Source of the DNA: Pavona decussata
Taxonomy: Eukaryota
NCBI GenBank assembly: GCA_977016875.1
Contig: CDRNST010000213.1
Location: 1,116,001-1,175,563 of the forward strand
Direction of reading: 5' to 3'
DNA length: 59,563 nucleotides
In this document: positions 40,633 to 50,659 of the stretch, piece after piece
Position numbering within the stretch: position 1 is the first letter of the stretch
How the letters are laid out: each line of letters begins with the position of its first letter
The notes under the pieces: model-generated
The model's input: only the letters and a program-made list of their open reading frames with translations
Database searches by the model: none
Told to the model about the DNA's origin: nothing
Program-made: the position numbers and the translations under genes

Positions 40633-43600
40633 CAATTTAGTTGGATCTACATGGATAACTTTTTGGCTGTAAGAAATGTCTTTTTTCCATGATTTATGGT
40701 TTTTACAAAAAAACATACAGGGAGGATAAATTATGATTATACTGTAAGTCATGGAGGGGAAAATTTTCTTAACTAACAATGCACTTTGTTCACCTTTAGG
40801 AATTTGCGTCATTGTTGTACATGTACCACTTGATTTCCAAGTATTTTTGGACAATCTGGCTTAGAACATCAAACACCAAAGAGCCTGAAAGAAGTCGTTA
40901 TTGTCATGGCACAAAAAACTTAATTTAGAAATGGCAAGCTTAAGCCAATCAGGGGCAAGTGTTTTTGCAACTCGACCAATCAGGAGTGAGTAATTTTACC
41001 CTAGGTGAAAGAAAAATTAAGGAAATATGTCCTCTGTTTCGACCAATCAGCATTCAGTAATTTTACCATCCACGTTACAAATTTATAATTAGTATAGACC
41101 ACACAAGTGAATAGTACTTTTCGCGCACGCTGATTAGCTCAGAGGTGATCACCCAAGTACTATTCACCTCCACGTAGCCGAAGAGGAACAAGATGGCCTC
41201 ACGTTTCGCCATGGTTACTTAAGAGGAAATTATGTCAATAAACAATGCGGCTGTTAAAAAAAAAGACATAAATGGGAACAAAGTTTGGCTAACCAGCATT
41301 AAATGGTAAGTTGTTTAACCTTTTCAGCCTCATATTCTAAAGCATAAAATAAAAGTGCAATCCTTTGCTTACAAAAACTGCAGAGCACTAAAATTACAAT
41401 GAAAACAATGAAATTTCTAATATTTTCCAGCATGGTTTCAAGAACAAGACAAATTTCACAGAAAAATTACACTGCAGGAACTAAACAAGTGTCTCCAAAA
41501 GTTTTATTTGTCTACAAGAAAGCGAGACGGAACTTTCTACAATAAGAAATCGCTTACCATGTGGCGGGCAAGATTTTTAAATTTCATACTCTTTGTCAGT
41601 ATATTGTCAGAAATAAAATAATTTTTTTGTTCCACTAGTTATTCAGCTTGTGTGGTATGTGCTAAAAACCATTATTTACCTCAGCGTCAGCGAAAGTGAT
41701 GGATTTATTTACTTTGCCGCTTCGTGGCTTGGTAAATATCCATCACTATTCACCTCCACTTCAGTGATTGTTAATTATTTAACAGTCAGCATGTGGCACA
41801 ACATGTACATGAAATGTTTGTGTTGAAATCTTTAGTCTTATGCCCCACAAAATCACATTCAAGTAATATTTGCACCACTAAAGTCTATCATTAATGATCT
41901 TGGTAAAACAATACAAAAAGTACATTATGTAACAAACTGAATTTAGTTAAAATTTAAAAAAGCGATCTCTGGCTAAAATGATTAAAAACTACGAGCTTTC
42001 AACTGCCTGAACTGCAGTCTTTGACGGGTAAAATGAGTGATGAAAAAGCGATGAGAAAAAATTTTTTTTAACAAAAAATGTGAATTGCAAAATAATAAAA
42101 ATGTAAATAATTATAAATGTTTGTTAAAAAGAATGTTATATTGTCCAGGTAACAGACAAGAATTGTTATCTACATTAGGTGTCACTTTGGTATGCCACGC
42201 TTCTAATGTTTTCCTGGTTCTGAAGGTGTCTTTGTCAATAATTGATGCGTTTTCAAAATGACATGGTTGTTGGACCAGGCATGATTAGCAATTCTAGAAC
42301 CTTTGGCCGCAGTTTTGGTGTTCCTTAAATATTCTTTCTTTTTGGGTATTGAAAGCTCTGCCGGTTTCCCCAATGTAACATACACCACGAACAATTTTAT
42401 ACACGACATTGGTCCGCGATTCCATGGAAGATCAAAATCTTGGAGCTGGAACTGTTGTTGTAGTTTGGTAAATGGTTTGCTTACAACTGTGTCTTCATGT
42501 TTGTTGAGGATACGTGTCAAAGATTCAGTTACTTCCTTGATGTAAGGCTGAGAAGCGAAAGGCTTGTGATTCGGTTGGTTTGACTATTTTAAAAAACATT
42601 CCAACAAGTTCCTCTGGGGATACATTTGTTGTTGAGGATCGGGTTTTTTATTAGCCTGTATAATGTTTTGGATAAACTAGGTGGATAACCATTGAACTCC
42701 AGAGCTGCATGAACATAATTAAGTTCCCGCTTTTTTCCTTCGGAGGAATTGGTAGATTTAGGGCTCTGTGCAGAGGAGTTGATGCTGAGCTGGCTTTGTG
42801 TTGAATATGTCATGATGGGAATTAAAGTCTAAGTATCTGTCTGTGTGGGTGGGTTTTCTGTAAACATCAACAGCGATGACTCTATTTCTACGGGAGACCA
42901 GAGTGTCTAGGAAGGAAATCTTTTTTGTTACATTCAGTCTCGATGGTAAACGAGATGTTTGTATCAATAATTTATTGAATTTAATGTTTCATGGAGGGCT
43001 GAGACGTCGTCTTTTGTAATGATACAAAAACTAGTCTATCGTCAACATATCGTTTCCAAATTTTGGGGGGAACGGATGAATTACTGATTGCAGACTCTTT
43101 GATCTCCTCCATGCAGAGATTGGCCACAACTAGGCGGACAGGACTGCCCATCATGCAGCCATGGACTTGTTTGTAAATTCTGTCATTGAACACAAAATAG
43201 TTGTTGGACAAGGTGAATTGTAGAAGTGCGGTGATGTCATCAATGTCAAAATTTGTCCTTGAAGAAAGAGTAGCGTCTCGTTTAAGTTTCTTTTTTATGT
43301 AATCACACGCTTTATCTACAGGAAGTGAACAATGATAGGACATCAAAAGAGACCAAAACTTCATTGTCATCAATTTCGATATCAGATAATTCTTTGGAAA
43401 ACTGCAAGAAGTTAGTAACAGAGTATCCGTCACGATTTTGAAGCAGAGAAAGGATATACCTTAGGAATTTGGACGTGTTGTAAAGTGTTGAGCCAATACA
43501 GATGACGATGGGCCTCAGAGGGTTCCCTTCTTTATGGTGCTTAACAGAACCGCGAATCACTGGTGGTGCGCCATCAATTGAGTGAAGTTTGCGGTATGTT

Positions 43601-45862
43601 GGTTCATCTACAGTAATCTTTTGTTTTCTCTTTAACAAAAGAAGCAAAGCGTTCAGTTGACGTTCAATTTGGCAGAAAGGAGATGTGGAAACCACTTCAT
43701 AGAACGCTTTGCTTCTGAGTTTTTAATCATTTTAGCCAGAGATCGCTTTCTTAAATTTTAAATGTTTCATCCTGGCTACAGCCCCTCAATATTTTTACAT
43801 AAACTGAATTTAATTCAACAGGCATATTTTTTCAATTTCCAGTATTAGCAATTGACAACAACAATAGGTACTAGCTAGACTGCTTTACTGCAATCAGCTA
43901 CCAGTCCATATTAAACACACCTGTGACATAAAGCATCAGATCCTACTTACATGATATAAGTGTGTTGACATCAGGTCCTGAAATAAATTCTCACTACTAA
44001 AAATCTGATAAATTTTGGAATCTGTTGAAATTTTGCTTAAATAACAACTTTAATTGTCATCTCTCGTGATTTACATAATAGTCATACATGTATGATTACT
44101 GTTATTGTGCAGTCAGCACTCCACCCATTGATGCCGCTTTAACAACTCATATTATGGTATTAGTGGGAAAGAATATCATACCTGACTGTCCATCATCTTC
44201 ACACATGTCAGCCCAGGAATGAAACAGCTCTGTCTGTTTTGCACTGGAAAGCATAGCATTGACAAGGGATGCAATCAAGGCATTATCGTGGAATTCACCA
44301 GGTACACTGAAAAACTTGGGCAGCAGGGTGATTTCAATTGCAAACTCATAGTTTGGCCGGTCATTTGAAAACAGATTGAATGCCTTGACATAGTCAGACT
44401 CTATGAATCCAGCAATTCTTTTCATCTCTGACATGAAGTGGTCATAAAATCGTTCCTTTGCTCTGGTGTAGGATTCAGTGAATTTTGCATCGTCCTTAAT
44501 GCTGCCAGCATACTTTCTAAGGAGTGGATGAATGTCATACATAAACTCCTTCGCTTCGCGATTTACAACAAAAATGATGGCACTGGTTACTAGGCCTTCA
44601 AGTCGTGCTACAGCCTCTGGATGGCTGATGTTCAGAACTTTTGCTGCAGTAGAAGCAGTAAAGGGGCCACAAAACAGAGAAATTGAGACAGCTGCTACTT
44701 TCAGGCTGTCAGATGGCAGGGTATTGAACATTTCTTCAATCACAGATGCTTCATCTTCATCAACTCCTTCTTTTTCCAAATCAAATGCTTTTTCTTTAGC
44801 ATCCTCTGCTGATTTGGACTGCACTGGAAGAGCTGCAGCCTTCTCTTTTGAAGCCACAAGTCTTTCAAGTTCATCCACCAGATCACTGGGAGCTTTTCTA
44901 CCCTGCATCAAAATAGCTTCCACACCTTTGAGAAGCAGTGGCTTTCCTTTGCATGCGGCAAGTAGCTTCTGCTTCTGCTGAGTACTAACATCAGATGTCT
45001 CCTTAGAAAGCAGGATTTTCTCTGAAAAAGAATCTTTCAGAGGTTTCAGTTCATAATCTGACACTTGTTTTACATCCTGCAATTGAGTTCTTGATGTCAG
45101 AAGGATGCTTAAACCTTTAACTTTACTACTGTCATCTAATTGTGAAAGCTTCCCCAGAAACATCATAAAAGCTGTCTTCAAGTTCCTGCCTTCCTTCCCC
45201 TCTCCAGCAGTGAACTGTTCCACGTTGTCCAGTAGAAAGAGAACACGCTTGCCCTTGCTTTGTTCTCCAATGTGCTCATGAATTTTGTCAACAACATTGT
45301 TCAAGCTTACGTAGCCAACCGGAACAGAAAGTTCAAGGGTATTCAAGATATTAAGATATATTGTCCTCGTGTCTTTAGCCTCCCTTAAGTCGAAAACAAA
45401 AGAATTTCCTCGCCATTCTGCACAAATCTCTTTGGCAAGCGTTGTCTTTCCTACTCCAGCCGAGCCGTGTAAGTTGACAACCGATCGCTGCCCTGTTTCA
45501 AGTCTTTTCCTAATATTCTTGAAATCGTCGCTCCTTCCCTGCAATTCCTTCTCCCGATCAGCTTGAGGCGGAAGAGAGGCCTTGAAATTGTCAATAGAGT
45601 CACTGATGTCCTTTTCTTTGTTTGACTTCGTCGCCACAAACTCTTTGACAACGGTTAGGTTCGTTTCCGACACATAACGAAGCTTGCACAAAAGGTTCAA
45701 ACATGAGAGCAGATCTTGATTATCTAGCGAATCAAATTGCTCTCCAAAAATCCTTTTAGAAGACTCCACAACATCTTCCGATTCCTCTGGAGAAAACTTC
45801 AAAGATATGTGTCTGAAAAGGCGATTTAACGCAAGCGAACTCTCCACAAATGTAGACGCCAT
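26840..45862 (-). CDS. NLR-like STAND ATPase-TPR protein fused to a PIDD1-like ZU5-ZU5-UPA-Death module (~1871 aa, 11 exons)
   Basis: Exons 45862-44182, 37151-35473, 35125-35077, 34302-34122, 33393-33047, 32390-32158, 31419-31115, 30726-30400, 29714-29561, 28192-27886, 27192-26840. All have GT-AG sites and compatible phases; total 5616 nt = 1871 aa plus TAA. Confidence 0.8.
27886..28192 (-). CDS. Exon 10: helical domain, unassigned (possibly death-fold)
   Basis: Open 307-nt exon, phase 0/1, KTPVEFFGLPF...IKDRLIE. Confidence 0.72.
28612..28967. mobile_element. MITE
   Basis: AAGGCCCGTTTAAACGGTTTCAA...TTGAAACCGTTTAAAAGGGCCTT TIRs with internal TTCAACA repeats. Confidence 0.7.
29561..29714 (-). 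CDS. Exon 9: end of UPA-like domain
   Basis: FQEDYCW...LCILDLTLP; gtaagt donor. Confidence 0.75.
30400..30726 (-). CDS. Exon 8: UPA-like domain
   Basis: Phase 2/2 exon FWSW...FFAAY...LRLYC...; lies directly after HFS, as UPA does in PIDD1/UNC5/ankyrin. Confidence 0.75.
31115..31419 (-). CDS. Exon 7: ZU5 domain 2 ending in the HFS motif
   Basis: GPILRI...FMEPVSIHLP...WTEIT...FSVRHFSG. Confidence 0.88.
32158..32390 (-). CDS. Exon 6: end of ZU5-1 and start of ZU5-2
   Basis: ITQCSTFAVVCRL...VTSKGTEL...PLVRIAFPPNAV, resembling the PIDD1/ankyrin ZU5-ZU5 junction. Confidence 0.85.
33047..33393 (-). CDS. Exon 5: ZU5 domain 1
   Basis: VTFPADAV...PPLHGNEAIVSDVIEL...EGLRFNKAVTLVISHC, ZU5 pattern. 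Confidence 0.88.
34122..34302 (-). CDS. Exon 4: acidic linker
   Basis: DESESEEEVIDIDEEEIK...DDFSGVNDEIF; phase 1/2; AG|gtaaat donor. Confidence 0.78.
35077..35125 (-). CDS. Exon 3: 49-nt linker
   Basis: ttttttcag acceptor; TLNETGTKPGATLRPT; AG|gtaaat donor; bridges phase 0 to phase 1. Confidence 0.7.
35473..37151 (-). CDS. Exon 2: TPR repeats and charged helical repeats
   Basis: LARCYNAMGNCY...ALEYYTEAL; LGNHPDTVRS (kinesin-light-chain-type TPR); ccgcag acceptor in phase 1. Confidence 0.9.
39690..40240 (+). mobile_element. LINE (L2/CR1) RT C-terminal relic
   Basis: LIEPYL....VW, LQKLQ, KNSFAFTGAKPWSNLP remnants. Confidence 0.5.
40335..40512. mobile_element. Palindromic MITE
   Basis: CTTATTCCAAAAT...ATTTTGGAATAAG with inner complementary arms. 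Confidence 0.65.
40590..40632. repeat. (TCTG)n microsatellite
   Basis: Directly visible. Confidence 0.9.
41090..41780 (+). mobile_element. Crypton-like non-autonomous relic
   Basis: MASRF..., an intron (gtaagt...ttccag), then ELNKCLQKFYLSTRKRDGTFYNKKSL; imperfect inverted ends. Confidence 0.5.
41946..43800 (-). mobile_element. Degenerate Penelope-like retroelement in intron 1 of the STAND gene
   Basis: Frameshifted RT (PLRPIV, G..MGSP, WKRYVDD, VYRKPTHTDRYL) and GIY-YIG remnant. Short inverted terminal copy (43718-43760 vs 41948-41990). AAACTGAATTTA is duplicated at 41934-41945 and 43801-43812. Confidence 0.88.
44182..45862 (-). CDS. Exon 1: DED-like N-terminus, STAND (NB-ARC-like) ATPase, winged helix
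   Basis: Walker A GSAGVGKT (45466-45443), Walker B VLFLLDNVE, sensor ILLTSR, GxP-like CKGKPL, MHD-like YDIHPLLR; gtatga donor, phase 1. Confidence 0.9.
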
Positions 45863-45889
45863 GTTTGATGTTGCAGCTGACCGAATTAC

Positions 45890-46320
45890 TGGGGCGCAGA
45901 CGGAAGTACTTAGTCTTCCGCGCCGCGGTTAGGCCACTCAGTCACGCGATGTCCTGGTGAGTCACGAAATGGGAATGCTCTTTAAGCTAACGCGAAGAGA
46001 TAAGAAAAAGTGGTTGCTGGACATGTATTTTACCTGTAAGAGCGTACCCCTATAAATCCCACCAAAACTGAACCGTCAAAGTAATGAAAACGGTTTGGTC
46101 ACGCGTAGTCCTGTTGAGTCACGAATGCTCTTTGAGCTCACGCGAGGAAGAAAAATATGAAAATGAGAAAAAGAAGGAGGGCAGGTGTTTTACCTATTAA
46201 CTCATGTTTAATCAATATGGTTTTGTCTGACGATACGATAACAAAAACGCAGTTTTCAAATTGGGATCAACCCTCAGTGACTGTCTCAGAAAATCGTGCC
46301 CCTTAAATCACACCAAAAAT
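45890..46320. promoter_or_regulatory. Candidate promoter of the STAND gene (CpG-rich, ETS and AP-1 motifs, partial tandem duplication)
   Basis: Inverted CGGAAG/CTTCCG at 45901-45920; TGAGTCA at 45958-45964 and 46115-46121. Confidence 0.45.
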
Positions 46321-46504
46321 TAACATTAAAACGAGTAGTAATCAAAGATTATAGTGCGTCGCCTTAGGCCCTTAGGCACTTAGCTGAGTTGCATAAATCA
46401 TGTTAAGATTATGGGAACCTGTTAGTATAGTTGCAAAACAATAGGTTATTGTCGAAAAAGGGGTTATTGTCGTTCCCGTGGTAGATACAATAACAATAAG
46501 TGTA

Positions 46505-47935
46505 ATTCAATTTAATTCAATTTTATTCACACTTGTTCGAGCGAAATACAATATATTCTATAGTAAGAAAAATTAAACATGCAGAGCAATTTATTGAATG
46601 ATTTTACCTTCTAGGGAAGAAGTGCGTAGTGGCCAAAGGAGTAAGGCTTTCGTGTTGGCCACTACCTCTGTGCAGTTAAATAAAATAAGGGGAAGTAGAA
46701 TTTGTAACACTGGTTGAAGAGCTCTGCTAGTTAAATTAGGCTTGAGGGAGGAAAATACAGTAAGGAAAAAAGTGTTTACAACGAATACATAAGTTTATAG
46801 TATACGCTAAATTTTATATATTATTTATGTTTGGCTATCAAGTAGAAAAAGTTTGTATTTCTTCTTAAAAACATTGTAAGGCAGACACTTAACTACTCTT
46901 AACCGTGCTAAACAATAATTAGTTCTAGAAAACGGTCTGTACAGGTTTTGACTAGTGGCAAATCTGGTATTATATCTATGAATATCAGAAGCTAGGGAAA
47001 CAAGATCATGGAGTGCAGGGGGTGTTTCTTTTTTATTTTTTTGTAATTTATGCACAAGGGAACCAATTTTCAACTTAAAAATGTTCTCTAGCTTAAGGAT
47101 TTCTATTAGTGTAAAGTATTGTGTTGCATTTTCTCTTTTGTCTACAAAGAAGATGCAGCGAAGGCAGTTATTATGGCTTATTTTTATCTTTTTTTAATTT
47201 TGTTTGACATGCAGTACCCCAGCTCATTAACCTGTAATTTAGATACGGATATATGAGCGTATAGTATAGCTGTTTTTAAGCGTGTTCATAGAGACATAGT
47301 ATCTAAGTTTATATAAAATTCCAATGTTTTTTGTAATTTTGTTGTTAGTGTACTGGAGCGGGGCATCCCATGTTAGACAATAGGGACCTTAAGCAGAGAC
47401 GACGACGACGACGACGACGAAACTTAAAAAATAACCTTCGCGTCCTCTGAATAAATTCGCGATGATTTATACTCTCTCAGTTTGTGCAAAGTAGCCGAAT
47501 TATCGAGGAGCTAACGTCGTAGGGGCGCCTTTAAAGTTCAGAAAGAGAAAGGAAAATTAATCATCATGCGTTCACGTTCTTCATAAAACCTGAAATTTGG
47601 TCATTTCACGTTGTCGTTTTGCAGAGGACGACAAAGAAATGTACCAAAGTGTATAATGCACGTGCAGAGCCAGTGTTTTGCTAATTAAAACTATTGTTTT
47701 TTTAACGTTCTCGTTGACGTCGTCGTCGTCGCTGCTTAAGACCCCTAATCATCGATAAAGACGCCCAGGTATTTGATTTTAGATTTTTGATCTATGTCAC
47801 AGGCCGATACTCGAATATCAACTTTCTTCCTAGGCGAGGTTATTAACACATGATGGGTCTTCTTGAAGTTAATTGATAGCTTATTTGCTGCACAGCATTT
47901 TAAAAAATTTCCAAGTTCTTCATTTATAACTCTTT
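46505..47935 (-). mobile_element. L2/CR1-type LINE 3' relic, interrupted by a MITE
   Basis: KYLGVFIDD.L.W, LIYPYL.Y....WG, IHRYNTR motifs; 3' stem-loop and (AATTG)n tail. Confidence 0.7.
47381..47747. mobile_element. MITE with (GAC)n subterminal repeats
   Basis: TAGGGACCTTAAGCAG(GAC)n...(GTC)nCTGCTTAAGACCCCTA. Confidence 0.75.
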
Positions 47936-47939
47936 GTAA

Positions 47940-48230
47940 TTGCTCTGGGTCGTTTGATGAATGCGAGAGTACTTGCTAAGTATTGGATCCCGGCAAAAAA
48001 GGTTCCAACCTTCAAAGAACCTAAGAGTGGGGGACTTGATGTTGGTAATTGACCCAGACGCACCAAGACGGGATTGGAAACTTGGACGAATAGAGGCAGT
48101 GCATCCTGGCAAAGATGGATTGGTACGAGTCGTAGACGTTAGAACTAAAGGAGTCGTGAAACGAAGACCAATTTCCAGAATTTCACCGCTGGAATCTGAA
48201 GAGTACTAAGTGACCTGACGGAAGAGTGAC
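47940..48230 (+). mobile_element. BEL/Pao retrotransposon C-terminal fragment
   Basis: NLRVGDLMLV...PRRDWKLGRIEAVHPGKDGLVRVVDVRT. Confidence 0.8.
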
Positions 48231-50158
48231 GTTAGCTAAACAGTGCACCATGAACACTTGGAGGAACATTAGAACAGTTCACGATTTGTTTAGTCACAGA
48301 TTTTAAGTCTAAATCTGACAGATTAAACATTTGAACATTTGACATTTGAACATTTGAAGTTAACATTTGAACAATTTTCCTTATATTTGTAAAAGAAACC
48401 GATCGAAGTGTTGAATTTTCAATGAAAAGTAAATCCTGGAGGGGGAAAGTGTTAAAGATTATTTTCTGTTCCTTCCTTTTTCTAAAATAAATTTTGAAAG
48501 AGCAACCGGAAGTTATGTTTAGCGCGCAGATTGATTGACAGCTTAAAATAAAAGAAGCCGGGTTAAGGGGAAAAGTGCTGACGCCATGGAAAAAATCTAG
48601 TGTGGATGTTTTGTCGTTTTTTAAGGGACTTTTACTGATCAATGGGAATCTGGACTTTCTTTGGAATTAGGATTGGGAAATTTAGGAACCTAAGGAGAAA
48701 CATTTTCTTAGGCCTTTAGGCACTTAGCTGGGTTGAATAAATCATGTTAATATTACCGTATCTGGACGTCAAGATGCTATTGTGACGTTGCAAGATAGAA
48801 CCGACATACAACCTATTTTCTCGATTTCTCGAGCTACGAAACGCGCACGCTGGGCATGATGGACAGTATTGGGACGTCACGTATGACGTTTCAAGATGGA
48901 ACCGACATAAAACCGCGTTTCTCGATTTCTCGCGCTTAGGAACATGCAGAACGCCCCGATTAGGAAGCGTCTAATAATAAGCGTGCCAGAAGCCCATCGA
49001 CTGTGTTCCTGTTACCAAAAAAACTCATCAAGCAAAAGTAAGTTATTACTTTTGTTTTCGGGGGCAGCGCAATAATAATATTATTTTACCAGTAACCATC
49101 AGTGTTCAATGTTTTATTAAAAGATACAAAAAATAATGGTTAAACTACGATGTCATTATATTTTAAAAAAGATCAGTTTAAAAGTTTCGGTTGTTAAAAA
49201 TGCTCTTTCAAGGAGATTTCGTAAAAATATGAAATGATTTCAATTCCCGCATGGGGAGAGTTGGCTTATCCCACTCTTAAAAATAGCGGTCACGGTTAAG
49301 GTTCTTTCTCCTTCAGTTTAACGTTTTATAGCTGCCACGAAGAATCCCGCCATTCAACGTAAGTAAACTTTAATAAATAAGCAACATGTCCACGTAAACG
49401 TTTATATACGATAAAGCAGTTCTCAAACTTGGACAGGGGATTATTGATAAGTTCGACTGTAAAGAGTTAACAGTCAGCATCTTGGATTTAAAACACTCGA
49501 AGCTTCATTGAAGTTTAAGGCGATTAAAAGACCGCTTATTACGGCTTCGTTATACCTTACTGATAATCCATTACGGATCGGTATGCATACATTAACATTT
49601 ATAATTACAACAGCATATTAAAGTCTCTACTATATATGCAGACAGTATCTTCGGCACTGTAGAACTACCTTTTTTTTCGTGTAGGTTACTTTAACTTGAC
49701 TGAGCGTTGTTTGAATGAGTTTTTCTTTTGTTTTGATTCTCGAATTTCGGATGAGTGCTTTTTTGTGTCAAGGAAGGACAAGTGGGATAAAGCTTTATAG
49801 TTCACGTTTGATCTCTAAACATAATAGGCTGCACTCTGAACTCAAAAAAGCTTGTCAGTCATTTCTATGAGAGACTGTAACTTGTTATCTGTAATTCGTC
49901 CTGGAAAACATGAGCTGTTCACTCTTTGGTAACAAAAAAATATTAATGACAAAAACAACTTATCGTCGGTTTGCCACCAACCTTAGGTCCTGCGAAAACC
50001 GAGCTTTCCACATAAAAACTTGCGATGAAAACTCTGAAAGACTGTTTACGATGAGCTACCCCCTCACCAAATTTTAGCTGGTTTTTACTTAAACTGATTA
50101 TCATTTTTAATATTTATTTATGTATTGTAAATTGTCACTGAAAAACCACTATGGGGAG

Positions 50159-50368
50159 NNNNNNNNNNNNNNNNNNNNNNNNNNNNNNNNNNNNNNNNNN
50201 NNNNNNNNNNNNNNNNNNNNNNNNNNNNNNNNNNNNNNNNNNNNNNNNNNNNNNNNNNNNNNNNNNNNNNNNNNNNNNNNNNNNNNNNNNNNNNNNNNNN
50301 NNNNNNNNNNNNNNNNNNNNNNNNNNNNNNNNNNNNNNNNNNNNNNNNNNNNNNNNNNNNNNNNNNNN
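50159..50368. other. Assembly gap
   Basis: Run of N. Confidence 1.
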
Positions 50369-50659
50369 TGGAATATTTGTCAGTTTGGTTGTTGCATAAA
50401 ATAAAAAACAAATTGACCTGTGTATTATTGGAATGAGTGAATGTCTTGCTGATCGGAGTCGAGATTTTATGGGACAACGTTGATTCAGTGAATGAACCGA
50501 TCTTGGGACACGTATCTGGCATCCCCCGCAGATATTGGAGGGGCGGATGATATCATCACCAAATTGGCAAAGGAGAGAGAACTTGGGATCGAGATCATCG
50601 AACGCGCTTTCTAATCTTTGATTATTACTAGTAAAGATATTGTCTATAGCAGCATCATA

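Noticed and set aside
44532-44981. Plus-strand ORFs antisense to coding exons (also 33079, 57751, 58407)
   Set aside because: Shadow ORFs of real minus-strand exons, with no motifs.
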